Assembly (NCBI GenBank): GCA_046563655.1
Contig: CM102286.1
Coordinates: 6,882,001 to 6,946,000, forward strand
Source: Yuukianura sp. NJ FZ-2021
Lineage: Eukaryota
Direction of reading: 5' to 3'
Length of the DNA: 64,000 nucleotides
The notes under the pieces were generated by a model. The model was not told the DNA's origin. It was given only the letters and a program-made list of their open reading frames with translations, and searched no databases. This document shows positions 1 to 19,065 of this stretch, piece after piece (within the stretch, counting starts at the first letter, position 1; each line of letters starts with the position of its first letter). The translations under genes and the position numbers were made by a program.

Positions 1-312
1 CGTTGGCACACGGTTTTTGGTTCTTTTTACTCGAAGAATGAGGAGACCAAATAACATTTGTTTGCTTCCTGTTCAATTTCTGGAGCCTTTGACAATTTTT
101 CTAACCAGATTTAAATATAACTATTAAGTCCACTGCTGAGTTTATGGAATCAATTTATAGCAGTATTTGTGTAAGAGGTCGAGAGTGCTAACAACAAAAG
201 AAAGTCAGGAAAAGTGTTGACGTGTTCCCAAGGATTTGCAAATAACGCATGCCTCTTGTGGCCACTGCCATTCATGTCAATACTAATCCTTTGGATTGTT
301 CAGCGAATCACA

Positions 313-2008
313 TTATGCCCAAACCTAAGAAATAGCAAACATTGAGGTTAAAACTTGCAAGTTTTATATTAAAAATGAATTGTAGGTTTTGTTTTTAATG
401 GAAATTGAACTGATTGCACCCTTACTCGTATCGTAGAGTCCCAGCTCGCCGTGCAAAAGGCTGTACCGTCGGGAGATACTTTTAGGGATGAGACTCGGTT
501 GTCGTGTCCATAGAGTATTGAGACGCGGTTACACTTAAGACTGTCCCACACATTCACTGTGTAGTCACTATAACCAGCGAACAGAAGTCGCCCACTATGA
601 GAAAAATCTACGGAGTTGACTCCAAAAATTATGGATTCCTTTGAGTACTCTGCAATTTCACGGTCAGCTCTCAAGTCGTACAGACGACACTGGAAAATGA
701 AAGAAGAATTTCAAAAACAGGCAAAGATCGGCAGACAGACAGACAGACATGGAGAAACGCATGTTTGACCATCTTAAACTTACCGACGCGTCGTCAGATC
801 CTGTTGCAATTGCATCCCCACTAGGATGAAATTTTACAGTGTTAATGTCACTTTCATGACCGTCAAAGGTCTGAACGCACTGTCCGCTGCGCATGTCCCA
901 TATCAGTGCCTTTCTGTCGCAGCCCTACCAATTCCCAGCATAAAAATGAGATTCCGTAGTTTACATACGGTCAAATTCAAAACTTACGGCCGAAGCAAAC
1001 GTGTTTCCGTTTTCTTGCGGGGCAAGGTCGATGGCCATGACATCACCGCTATGCCCATGGAAGCTTTGCAAGCGGGATCCAGACTCTACATCCCAAAGAG
1101 CACAAGTACTATCACCGCTACCGCTGAGTATCTGTAGAATTGAGTTTTTATACAACAAATTATAACATCAAAATGTTAGATATGAATATGAAAGTTTGAT
1201 TTTGAATTCCGGAGGAAATGCTTACCTGATAGTCTGAATTAGGAAGGAATGTACAACAGGCAGTATAGGAAGTGTGGGTTCCAACCAGCTTCTTCCGCTG
1301 TTGCTGCGTCGAGTCGTCGTCTAGTGAGAGATGGTACACTGTCACTTTGTTGTCCAACCCACTGTTCAAAACCGTATCAAATCAAAATTTGGCATGTAAC
1401 TGTAAGTTTTAATATTTAGCTTCGTTTCAGCCAACTAACCCGCAAGCGATCACAGTTCCGGAAGGGCCATAGGAGCAAGCCATGACCCATGTTGTGGGCA
1501 TTGTCAGAGCATGTTCTTTATTTGTCGTGAACGCATCCCATATTATTACTTTTCCATCCTACAAATAAAGTAATTAAAATATTATCATCACATTAACAAA
1601 TCATAGTTGAGTCTTTAACGCTTGTTGTAATTTCTTTTTAAAAGTGCAAACCTGTGACGATGAGACCAAGTGACGCTTGTCGTGAGACCAGTCGACGGCA
1701 AGTACTTTTCCTTGATGTCCTTTGAGCACGCGTCGATGTTTGATACTCAGTTGACCCACATTATCCAGGCGTTGAGCTACGGTAGATACTGAAAAAAAAA
1801 GTTTTCACAATTTAGTTAAAAGCAGGTTAGTGAATAACTTCAAATAAATTCGAATTTAAAATTATACTATGCAGACCATACATGCAACATCGTTGAGTTT
1901 TTGTCTTTCTTCCTCAAGCCGAGATTTCAGCGTTTCCGCTTCCTTGGAAAGTGCTTCGATGCTTTCTGCTGGAGTGTCGATCTTGAGACTTAATTCTGCA
2001 GCACTCAT
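313..2008 (-). CDS. GNB5: Guanine nucleotide-binding protein beta-5 (WD40), multi-exon
   Basis: Exons encode [13 protein letters not shown]...[91 protein letters not shown] and [28 protein letters not shown]. The last micro-exon 313-324 encodes VWA*. The start codon is uncertain; 2008 is the first in-frame ATG. Confidence 0.93.
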
Positions 2009-3845
2009 GACAGCAGTCTCGGCCTTCAAAACCGAAGTCCCACCCGTCGTAGTGGTCGCGAATCTTTTCAAGCTGCTCTAAAGCACCAAATTCCCAATTT
2101 TCACTCTCCACACTTTCACATCAACACGTCAACTTAAGGTCATTCCGCCTCTACTGGGTTCACTGACGGTGGACATGGAATCATTGCTTGTTCGACGTCA
2201 CTCAAAACTAACCTCAGAATTGAACTCTGGAAAAACAAAAAGCAGAAGCCAATGGAGGGAGAATGCTTGACTTTGTTTTAAGTTGTTCCTAGCAGAGATT
2301 CATTTGAGTAGTTTAGCAGTGCACTTGGATTCTAAATATAACTTTCTCTCTTATTCCCATTTTAACATTTGGTGTTTAGAACAAGGAAGCTGCTATTTCG
2401 TAGACTGAAAGATTTTTTAGTACTTCAACCGTCAGCCACAACCACAACTAAGGGAAGGCTCAGTTTCCGTCTTGGTGGTTGGTTTCGAAGGAGTTGGAGG
2501 CTAATTACTATAGAATTTGCAAAGCTTAAAGTGTATCGTGGTGAGAAGAAAAGGCGCTGAATGCAGTTGATTCTTGAGAATTGATATGGATATGGAATAG
2601 GGGAATAATGGATCAACTGACATGTGTAGAAGTCGGGCGTGTCCATTCATTCCGATCGATTTCGGCTGGCATCTGGAAATAGCAGGGCACACTTTCCCCT
2701 CATCTCCCGCACATTCGCCGAACCTTAGCCTATCTAACTTGTTTTCTCCTTGCCAAAACCTTTCTCCGGTGAAATGTTCCACTGTAGTCGGATACTCTTG
2801 GACGGTAAATTACGAACGGCCATTGTAATTCACGGTACTCATACGTACGGTTCATGTTAAACGATCATAGGTACCTAACCTTGTTAGACTCTGTCGTCCG
2901 TAAATCGTTTACTTGAAACTACCTGCCCATGCTTACCCGTCCTTAAGAGTCCCACAACCAACGCTCACCTAAAAAGCAACTTTCTCTAGTAGCTCAAATC
3001 TTTTGCAAACCTTTGGTTCAATGAAATTCTTGGCAGCGTTAACATAAGTCAAATCTTCCCAAGCATCAAACTTTTTCATTTTTGTTTTTAGCAAGAAAAG
3101 ACAACGTCGTAGTTTCTGTCAATAAAAGCACGACACTGTCTAATGGCCAAAAAAATCGTGACTCATTAAAATCAAGTGAGTCACTGCATGTCAGAACTTG
3201 AGCGAACTTCGTTTAGAAGCTCTTAGCTATAATTCTAGAACCAGTAAAATGCTTTGGAGTTGTGCTGAATTGCAAAACACGAGCTTTGAGCCGATTCGTG
3301 ACATTTTTGTTTGTTTGAAATCTGCCTCTCACTTACTTAAGCTGTTCTCTTAACTGTCGAATTAAGGCGGGGTTAAATCCATTTGAAAAACGCTTCTCCG
3401 CTTGCTTCAGCGAAAATACGTCCGGAATCACTCGGCAATTTAGTGTTCTCATTCTGAATAAGAGTCTGGAATTTGTGGCACATGTGCAGTTGAATAAATC
3501 TATCGAAGCGTAACCTGCTTCAAAGCTTCTCACGCAAGAATCCTAAAGTATAATTTCAGCCTGTCAGTTTCTCAGAAGTTCTAGGACTGAACAGTCATCA
3601 TAATCTGCACGGGATCAATAGAACAAATCTTGTCCGATATCTTTCTATAACGAAAGTCTGAATCAGCCTGGCAACAGAATAAAGCAATAATTTCATTTAG
3701 CGTAACTTTTGAGCCCAACAAAATTTTTGGTAATCCAAAAAACTTTGTAAAATTCATATTTCGATAACTTTTTTTTAGTAATTTCTAAATTTTTCGAAAT
3801 CGTTTTTTCTTCTAGGAGAATAGGCTAAATGGGACAAAATTCGAG

Positions 3846-6505
3846 ATGACAAAAGGTTCTTCACTAGGGTCTGACGGTGATTTGCTGGAGAAAGTCGTCA
3901 CTCGCAGTCCAGACGAAGACGCGTGGAACGATGAAAATTTACTTTCTAACCAAAAATCCAAAGATATTGACCAAAATGCCACTCTAGATGACGACGCAAA
4001 TCCCATAACAGCGGCACTACCAGACGAGAAAAGTGGTTCAGGGGATCTTTTAGGACAGAAGGTTAGTGTCTAGTAGTCAAATCAACACTGCGTGGCAATA
4101 ATATTACCTTCGGAATGAATTTTTTCAATAGACGAGCGAGTCCATCCCACTGCAGCAAATTGATCCAGGTAAAGGTTGGAAACAAAACTCATCACTCCAA
4201 CATTTATTACTAAACTTTGAAATAATTTTTATTCACAAAAAAATTGTTGAAGGCCTCACAGATGAAGTTGAGTGGGTCGTACCTGACGGAGGATTTGCTT
4301 GGTGGGTGCTCTTTGGTTCCATTGTTGTTAACATTTTGATTCCTGGAACAGTCAAGTCTTTCGGAATTCTTTTCGTTGAATTTATTGAAGTTTTTCAAGC
4401 CACTGCCGCCGAAGCCGCTTGGATTCCCGCTATATCCTTCTTTCTTTATAGTTCGACAGGTTGGATTGACAGCAAATTGTTGAATTTTTTAAAAGCGTTT
4501 TCTCCAAAAAATTGAGATGAATTAATTTGTTTGCTTTTCAATTTAGGGCCATTTGCAAGTGCTTTGGCCATTCGGTTTTCTGATCGAGCAGTAACGGTGC
4601 TAGGTGGACTCCTCGCTGCTGCTGGACTTTGCTTGTCATATTTTGCAACATCAGTCACATATCTTTGTTTGACGTAAATTGGATTCTTTAATTGTTTGAA
4701 TCCATTACTAACCGTCGAGAGTAATTCAAAGTTTGCTTAGATATGGAGTCATCGCTGGACTTGGCTCCGGGCTATCTTATCCAATCGGAGTTTTCATCGT
4801 CGCACGATATTTTGACAGAAGGCGTGGGTTGGCAAATGGCTTGTGTACATCAGGGAGTGCCTTAGGATCCGTCCTAATGCCGCAAGTACTTCAATTTCTT
4901 TTGTCCAATTACGGATACAGGTAAGCTTCATATCATTAATATTGCAACTTTCGGAGTGTAAGCAGAAAATTATTGATTTCACTTTTCACTTTATCAAGAA
5001 AAGCAATAGTGATTGTGGGATGCCTGCTACTAAACGTTTGCGTGGTGGCCTTGCTGTGTTATGACCCTGTAGAGAAGCATTTGAAAAAGAGTCGACTAGC
5101 CAGTTACGTTCCCAAAGCAGACGAAGAGGTGTTAAAATTTGGAGCACAAAAATTTGCTCTTGAATTTTTGAAAGTCATGCTTTCGAAATTTTTCCATAGA
5201 CTGCCGTTTGTGTCCAGTCAGAGCCCATACCGATACCATACAAAAGACCAGTTTTCCAAATCGGGCAAGTGAGTTTAACACGTTAATTTGCAAATAATGG
5301 TCTACATTTGTTAAGCGTAGTTCAAATGAAATTCCATTGCGCAGGATACTCCCCCTGGCGAAGTTAGTTGGTCACCTCAGCTGAATGGTGGTCCAAGCCC
5401 TATGACCATCAAGCTGGCTCGGGAAGACAGTCACCATAGAAGTAATCGACCTCTAACAAGCAGTTCTATCACGCCAGATCCTTCTTCTGTTCAGTCAACG
5501 ACACACAGCAAGCTAAACTTAACAGCTATTCCAGAAGATGTGAACGACGCGGAAGTAGACTGGCACTTCTTCAGAGGATTGCCGCCAGCTAAGCAAAGGC
5601 TAATCAAGCTATCCACGCATGCGCCAACTCCTCCGTCCTCATCTGCACATCTCAACGGCCACACTTTACCGCTTCTTTCCCAAAGTCTGTCAGTAGGAGA
5701 AGGCGGTCTTTGTCCAACAATGAGCATCGTTTCCAATGAATCAACATCTTCGTTCCGCTACATGTCGACAATACATCATGGTTCTACTCTGGCAGCAATG
5801 CAGTGTGATGAGAACGTCAACAGGGTTCCCTCCACACTTCCGAATTCACCGCCATCGCGGAAATCTTCTGTAACACTTCAGAAGGTGCCATCTAAAGACA
5901 AAAGACGAAAGTTGTTTGACTTTTCTCTCCTGTCGTCTCCATTTTTCATAATTTTCCTGATTTCTTGTGGAACAACGGCTGTATCCTACACAAACTTTAT
6001 TATTCTGTTGCCTGCTTATGCCCATGAAAAAGGATTTCACAAGACGGAAGCTTCGTATCTGCTGTCATTGGTGGCAGCGTTGGATTTCGTTGGAAGAATC
6101 GGAGGAGCAGCATTGTCAGATCTCAAGCTAATTTCGCGGGAGTGGTTTTTCATTTTCGGATTGTTATGTTCTGGCATAACATTGACGTTTGTGCCTCTTA
6201 CGGGATCTCTACCTGGTGTCTCAGCGCTCTGCGCATGCTTCGGACTTTTCTCTGGAACATACATTGGCGTATCGGCAGTCATATTAGCCGATCGTCTCGG
6301 TCCGCAGAGACTTGGATCTTCGTATTCAATTTCATTGTTTGTGAACGGCATTCTTCAGCTTTGTGGCCCTCCAATTTGTGGAATACTGTTTCAGTACCTT
6401 CAAACCAACGAACCGATTCTCATCTCGCTCGGGATAATTCTGATTCTGGGATCTAGTTTATGGATTGCAGTACCATTTCTACCGCCTGAAAAAATGCATG
6501 TATGA
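3846..6505 (+). CDS. Monocarboxylate transporter family (SLC16/MFS), multi-exon
   Basis: VVPDGGFAWWVLFGS signature, YFDRRRGLANG motif and a long central loop. C-terminal TM half reads FDFSLLSSPFF...DFVGRIGG. The frame is open upstream to a splice acceptor near 3815, so an earlier start is possible. Confidence 0.88.
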
Positions 6506-7313
6506 TTTTCAAAACTAAATCTTTATAATTTTCTTTTCGAACAAAATTATTAAAAACAGTCGAGATTATAGTTGTCCATCAAAGGTTTTATTTTTTTTTG
6601 AGTGAATAAGAAGTAAGGTTTCACCCGTAAAACAATTACAGTGGAGTCGCACGTTGATTTTTTTTAATGAAGATGTTAAGGGCATGATTTTGAGCAACGT
6701 TAGAAAACTGGATAATCCACCAACACTAGTTTTGAGACACTAAGATTATCCAGCGTTAAAGACAATAGGTACGATGACGCAAGGACTTCAGTCAAGTGGT
6801 AAACAAGTTTGGTGAATGTACAGTTTGTGGAAATTCGTCGTCATTATGTTTTCATATTGGAATGATTTACTTATCACTGGGTGCCATATGATTGCACAAT
6901 TCATAGATACTGGTGGCTTTGTTAACCTAAAACTGTATCAAACTGTGTCTTGCCAAAACGCTTTGCAATGAAAGTGACACAACCAACTATGTCATGGTTT
7001 TCTGCGGCGCTTTTAAATAAGATTAGATTAACTGGACGGTGGTCGATGCTCTAAAATTATACCTTGTGTTAGTTCCACAGGGCGCCATAAATTAGGTTAG
7101 GAAAGTTTTACAAGTTACAGTTACTTCTGTTGCAAGGTTTAGAAATTATTGCGTCAAAGTGCGTCGATTAAACGTTTATTCAAGTGATTATCGTATGAGT
7201 GTTTGCGTTGGTATCGGTTTCGGGGCAAACGTTCCCTATAAGACCCTTACGAGTTTATAAATTGTTAGAAGTCTTCAAGCATTAAGTGATTAGTTAATTC
7301 CCAAATTTCAAAG

Positions 7314-13638
<6,325 letters not shown>

Positions 13639-13936
13639 AACGCATATAATTTTGTTCCGGATATCCATGAAGTCGTTCTAATTCATTGTGACGATTAGTT
13701 TAACTCATTTCTTCTAAAACTTTTATGCAATTTTTGCTCAAATATACATTTTTTTGAAAGTTACATTTAATACCAAGGAGACTGAAATAAATAAAATTTG
13801 GAATGTTGACAAACAATTTTTCGAAAAAAATTAGGCATTCTGAAAAAGTGTTTGAAGCTTTTGTCTTTTGCGGCGGTCACTTTTTACTTTAGTAGTAACT
13901 TTTAAACTTCATCGTGTGATTTTGTCGAAAAACAAA

Positions 13937-15058
13937 ATGGCGTTTTGCTTTTCCGGATGCGGAGGACGGAAGCCTGCGCTCTCCTACGCAGCGTGCTTCG
14001 AGTATTCACCAGATTGCAACATCTCTACTCCAAATTGGCGGCACGATGCTCACCGGCAACATTTTTGTAAGAAATTTGGCCAATATGCCCCTGACTCTTG
14101 TGCAAAACCGTGCAATCCATGCGAGTCGTTTCATCGCACGCTACGAAGTCTGGATGAGTTCAGCCTTCCATCATTGTATCGTCGGGGCGGTTTTGATGCC
14201 AAGTTTCGATGCAAAATGAAAGAGGTAATTGGCAAATATCTTCATAAAAATCGATTAAGAATCAACTAATCTGATGAACCAACTAACCTTTTGAATTTTT
14301 GTCAAGTGTGTGGATTGCCCTCCACCGCCTCGATGTGCCGATCGATGCGAAGGAATTCCACAATTGCCGCGATCGTGCCGAATGAATCCGAAACCTTTCG
14401 TAAGACATTTTTCCATTACACTAGATATTATAGTTGTCTGTTGCGTGAAATAAGTTTCTGTTTATCACTGTAGGGAAACGTTGTCTGCGGACTTTGCGTG
14501 AATTCCGATGAACTAAAGAACAGAAATAAAACATGCAAAGTTCAGGAGGCTTCTGATGACGCATGTGAGGAGCAGGAACCCCAAGAGCCACCATTTGTAG
14601 TTTACCCGTTATGGACAGAGGGCGATCGTGGAAAACAGGAACCGAAGATGAAGCGATCTGGTGTAGCTAAATGCATTCATCCCTCCAGTTTCCGCATGTT
14701 GGACACCGTTTCCAAGTTGGAATATCTCGACTTCTTTAAAACGTAATTTTTGGGATTTTAGAATTCTCGACATTATAATACTCTTTTCCACTGTAGTTGC
14801 TCCTAAAAATTGACTTCTTTGTTTTGCACTAGAAAATCTCCGCAGGATCTTGCGTTGTACCAATCAAAATTAGCTGTAGACAATCGCCGCCCTCGGCCAT
14901 GCCTTCCTGGGAAAGATGACGCCGAAGACTTGCCACTTGACCTTTCACGACCAATTTTCATTAATGCAAAAATGGTCAACTGGAAACAACGTGGAAAGCA
15001 ACAGCCTGGAGACTCAACCGTGTCTGTGTGTATTCCTGGACCAATTACAATTGGATGA
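13937..15058 (+). CDS. Uncharacterised Cys/Pro-rich protein, 4 exons
   Basis: Four GT-AG-bounded exons join in frame: MAFCFSGCGG...KMKE | CVDCPPPPRCADRC...KPF | GNVVCGLCVNSDE...FFKT | KSPQDLALYQSKLAVDNRRPRPCLPG...PITIG*. No family recognised. Confidence 0.65.
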
Positions 15059-15202
15059 TTCTTTTCTGGAGGCAATTACTAAGCAAATTCTATGGAATAT
15101 ATTTTACGATAATTCTCCGAATATCAATTTAAAAAAAAACAGAAGTTTTCAAAATTCGACGTAGATTGCTACCACTTGCTGGAAAAAAATGTATTAAAAT
15201 GA

Positions 15203-18192
15203 CAATTAAAATTATTAAAATTAAAATTAAAATATTATTAAAATGACGCGACAATTGGATTGAAACTATTAAAAGCTTTTCCAAACATTACCAAAACACG
15301 AGCCGGCGGACGCAAACATTCTCAACAATCTTACTTCGACATCACTTGGTCCGCTCCTTCCAATGAGGATATCTCTACAACTTCTCTTGGGCTAAAGCTT
15401 GCTGACTTAAGAAAATCTACGTCCACACTCAAACACATTCCAAAAGGAGCAAGAAGAACGACCGCCTCTGCCCTGTCCACCATCATCGACCAAGCAATCG
15501 AGCACAACTCTACAGATTCTTGGGCAAAGTTATTCTACTTCCCCTACCAAGTTTTTCCCATTCCGTCAAAAGACGATGCTGTCACAAATCTAACCAAATG
15601 GGTGAAGACAAACGCTAGCCGTATCACTTCTGAGGCGCCTGCAAACATCTCCCATCATCAATTCAAGCAATTCTCTCGTGGCGATCATCCGTCCTCACAC
15701 CACTGTAACTCCTCAAAGGTCATTCAATCTAAACTAGCCGACGGGGATATACGCGGTGCAGTTCGAATCCTGGTCTCCGAAGATTGCATAGCCTCCAAAG
15801 ACTCTGATACTTTGAACATTCTCCACCAATTGCATCCCGATCATCCACTACCAACCTCGTTTCCTGCCGCACCTCCGAGATCTGAGGTTATCTTTGAAAA
15901 CTGTCACGTCATCAAAGCCATCTCGTCATTCCCAAATGGATCCGCCGGAGGCCTGGACTCTTTTCGTCCACAGATTCTAAAGGAACTAACTTCAAAGTCC
16001 TCAGGCGATGAAGGAGCAGCTCTTCTAGCATCAGTTTCTGGATTGTGTAACTTCATTACAAATGGTTCTCTTCCCGATGAAGTGAGACGAATTTTTTTTG
16101 GCGCAATTCTATTAGCAATCCAAAAGAAGAAAGGAGGCATTCGTCCTATCGCAATCGGCCTTACTTGGAGACGCCTCGTGTCTAAACTTATCCTATCTCA
16201 CTCGTTGAATGTCATTACTTCAACCTTAAGCCCGATCCAAGTTGGCGTTGGAATCAAGAATGGTGCTGAAGCCGTCGCCCACGCTGCCAGAATCTTCTGT
16301 AATGCCAACCATGGTTCTGCCAAGGTTCTACTCAAGATGGACTTTCGCAATGCCTTCAACTTAATTAGAAGAGACCGTATGCTGGACATTGTGAAGACCA
16401 TACTTCCAGACTTCTACAAATTCGTCTCTGAAGCTTATTCGCACGACTCAGATCTCTACTACGACTCTGCTTGCATCAAATCGAAACTAGGAGTGCAGCA
16501 GGGGGATCCCCTTGGTCCTGCTCTTTTCGCTTTAACAATCCACCAACTGGCCTCTACTTTAACCACTGATTTCAACATCTGGTATTTGGACGACGCAACG
16601 ATTGCCGATACTCCGGATGTCGTTCTAGAAAATCTAAAGTACATCCAAAGAGAAGCCTCTTCGTTTGGACTAGAACTCAACCTAAGGAAATGTGAAGTCA
16701 TCATCCTAAACGCAGACGCAGATGAATCCCGATCAATCGTCCAATCATTCCAATCTGTTTCTCCAGACATCATCTTTCCTGAATCTGATCAAGCTGAACT
16801 TCTAGGAGCGCCTCTTTTCAAAGAATCGACTCGTCGGATTCTCAAATGCAAAACAGAGTACTTCAAGTCACTCTCATCCAAGTTGTCGGAATTACCAGCC
16901 CACATCGCGTTCTACCTGCTTCGAGCTTCAATTTCCACCCCAAGACTTCTATATTTCCTCCGATGTGCTCCTTCATTTTTGGAAACCGATCTTCTCGAAG
17001 CATACGACTGTGCGCTACGTGCAGTGATGGAATCAATTCTCAACTCTACTTTGTCTTCACACGCTTGGTCTCAGTCAAGTCTGCCGGTGAACTTAGGCGG
17101 ATTAGGAGTTCGCCACGCTAAGGACTGCGCTACATTTTCGTTTTTGGCATCAGTCCATAGTTGTGCGGAGCTAATTTCTACATTTCTGCCGTCTTCCCTG
17201 TCACCCTTCGACAATTCAATGGATTTGGCTTTGTTCAACTGGTCTCAATTGGGCTTCGTTATTCCACAGGACAAAAAATCTCAGAACCTCTGGGAAATTC
17301 AAGTCTTTAAGCAAATTTCTTCTTCCCTAGTTCAGAACTCTTCAACCCTTATCGACAAAGCAAGACTACTGGCTGCCGCTGCACCACATTCTGGAGATTG
17401 GTTACACGCAATTCCCTCCGGGCAACTTGGAACTCTACTTTCGGACGAATCTTTTAGGATTTCTTGTGCTCTTCGCCTAGGAACTGATATATGCCAACCT
17501 CATATCTGCTCGTGCGGTGCTCCGGTGTCAAGTAACGGTCTCCACGGTTTAAGCTGTAAGCGTAGCGCCGGAAGACACTCGCGTCACAACTCAGTCAACG
17601 ACATAATCTTCAGAGCATTACAAACCGCTGGATTTCCTTCAATTAAAGAACCTGTCGGCTGCAGCAGATCCGATGGCAAACGGCCAGATGGTGTTACTCT
17701 CATTCCTTGGAGCTCAGGACGCTGCCTCTGCTGGGACTTTACCTGCCGTGACACTTATGCAAATTCCTACCTTTCGACATCGTCTTCCCGCTATGGTCAT
17801 GCAGCCGAATTAGCAGAGACACACAAACATCATCTCTATCGTGACCTAGAATCTCGCTTCGTGGTATCCATCATTGCCGTCGAGACATCAGGTGTATTCG
17901 GATCCGAAGGTCTTCGTCTACTAAAACAAATCGGACATCGGCTGTCAGAAGCATCTGGAGATAAGCGAGCCACGACCTTCTTCCTACAACGAATAAGCCT
18001 AGCTGTTCAACGCGGAAACTCCTGCTCAATCTTGGGAACCTTACCCTCAGGAAAAGATCTTTACGAGTTATTCATATTATAATCTAATTTAAATCCTACT
18101 TCTTTTCTCAACCTGCCTTTGGCAGGTGACAGTGAAATAAAAATTCAGCTTAAAAAAAAAAAAAAAAAAAAATAAAAAAAAAAAATAAAAAA
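15203..18192 (+). mobile_element. Non-LTR retrotransposon, RLE type (CRE-clade-like), 5'-truncated, with poly(A) tail and TSD
   Basis: The direct repeat AAAAAAATGTATTAAAATGA lies at 15183-15202 and 18193-18212. Poly(A) starts at 18152, after AATAAA at 18136. The element holds one uninterrupted RT-RLE ORF. Confidence 0.93.
15260..18082 (+). CDS. Reverse transcriptase + CCHC zinc knuckle + restriction-like endonuclease polyprotein (no ATG at 5' end)
   Basis: RT motifs GIRPIAIG, KMDFRNAFN, GVQQGDPLGP and WYLDD. Zn knuckle CSCG...HGLSC, followed by RHNSV. RLE KRPDG...WDFT...K. Confidence 0.93.
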   Translation: MKLLKAFPNITKTRAGGRKHSQQSYFDITWSAPSNEDISTTSLGLKLADLRKSTSTLKHIPKGARRTTASALSTIIDQAIEHNSTDSWAKLFYFPYQVFPIPSKDDAVTNLTKWVKTNASRITSEAPANISHHQFKQFSRGDHPSSHHCNSSKVIQSKLADGDIRGAVRILVSEDCIASKDSDTLNILHQLHPDHPLPTSFPAAPPRSEVIFENCHVIKAISSFPNGSAGGLDSFRPQILKELTSKSSGDEGAALLASVSGLCNFITNGSLPDEVRRIFFGAILLAIQKKKGGIRPIAIGLTWRRLVSKLILSHSLNVITSTLSPIQVGVGIKNGAEAVAHAARIFCNANHGSAKVLLKMDFRNAFNLIRRDRMLDIVKTILPDFYKFVSEAYSHDSDLYYDSACIKSKLGVQQGDPLGPALFALTIHQLASTLTTDFNIWYLDDATIADTPDVVLENLKYIQREASSFGLELNLRKCEVIILNADADESRSIVQSFQSVSPDIIFPESDQAELLGAPLFKESTRRILKCKTEYFKSLSSKLSELPAHIAFYLLRASISTPRLLYFLRCAPSFLETDLLEAYDCALRAVMESILNSTLSSHAWSQSSLPVNLGGLGVRHAKDCATFSFLASVHSCAELISTFLPSSLSPFDNSMDLALFNWSQLGFVIPQDKKSQNLWEIQVFKQISSSLVQNSSTLIDKARLLAAAAPHSGDWLHAIPSGQLGTLLSDESFRISCALRLGTDICQPHICSCGAPVSSNGLHGLSCKRSAGRHSRHNSVNDIIFRALQTAGFPSIKEPVGCSRSDGKRPDGVTLIPWSSGRCLCWDFTCRDTYANSYLSTSSSRYGHAAELAETHKHHLYRDLESRFVVSIIAVETSGVFGSEGLRLLKQIGHRLSEASGDKRATTFFLQRISLAVQRGNSCSILGTLPSGKDLYELFIL

Positions 18193-19065
18193 AAAAAAAT
18201 GTATTAAAATGATGTGCTCAATCTTTTTTGGATATTTACCAAAAGGTCTCATGTTTTCCAACCCGAAACGTACTTGTATGTATTTGGGATACACAAATTA
18301 TCTTAAATGCCAGCCTAAATTCGTTCACCTTAACAGGACCAGGGTTTACCCAGCAACGGCAAATTATTTCGCTTTCTCCAGCACTAGTCATCATGAATTT
18401 GAATCAAATAAAATGAAGGTGGAATGAGGAATGAATGGTGGGAAAAGAAACTTCGTGCAACTGGAAGTGGGATTATGACGTGGTTTGAGACGTATTAAGT
18501 GTACCAGGGGAAGAGGGCTGGCGGCTGCTGGGAGCTACTTAATTCCTTTCCAGGACAGCGCTTATTTCCAATTTGTTCCACTAAATAAAAACAAAACAAA
18601 AACCGGCATACGAAAGTAGTGAAATGAGGTATGAAGCTTGGGATTATCATTATGTCAAAGACCAACATCACCTATTACACAAAATTTGATCAAGAAAAAT
18701 AAACGACTTCTACACGGGTCATATTCTAATGGCCATGCAAACAGCATTTGGAGGTTATCACTTCCCATCAAATTGAAACTCAATTAATCGAACCCAGATT
18801 AATCTGTAAAACAAATTAAGAAACTAGCTCAGCAGTATCATATACGGCAGTCATATACGGGAGAAAGTTGCGTGGGTTATACAAAGTACAACTCTGAGCG
18901 AGCACGTTAAGTTACGTTAGACAACGGGGTTAAAGGTGAACGTTTAGAATTTGAACATTGGTGCTAGATTTCCCATTGGCTTTAGCTAAGCTCCCACCCC
19001 GACGACGCAAGTGAAGATTGAAATTCAGAAGGCGCGCTCTGCTCCATCAGGAATTCTTTATTCAC

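Noticed and set aside
15904..17121. Antisense and alternate-frame ORFs inside the retrotransposon
   Set aside because: Shadow ORFs of the main RT frame.
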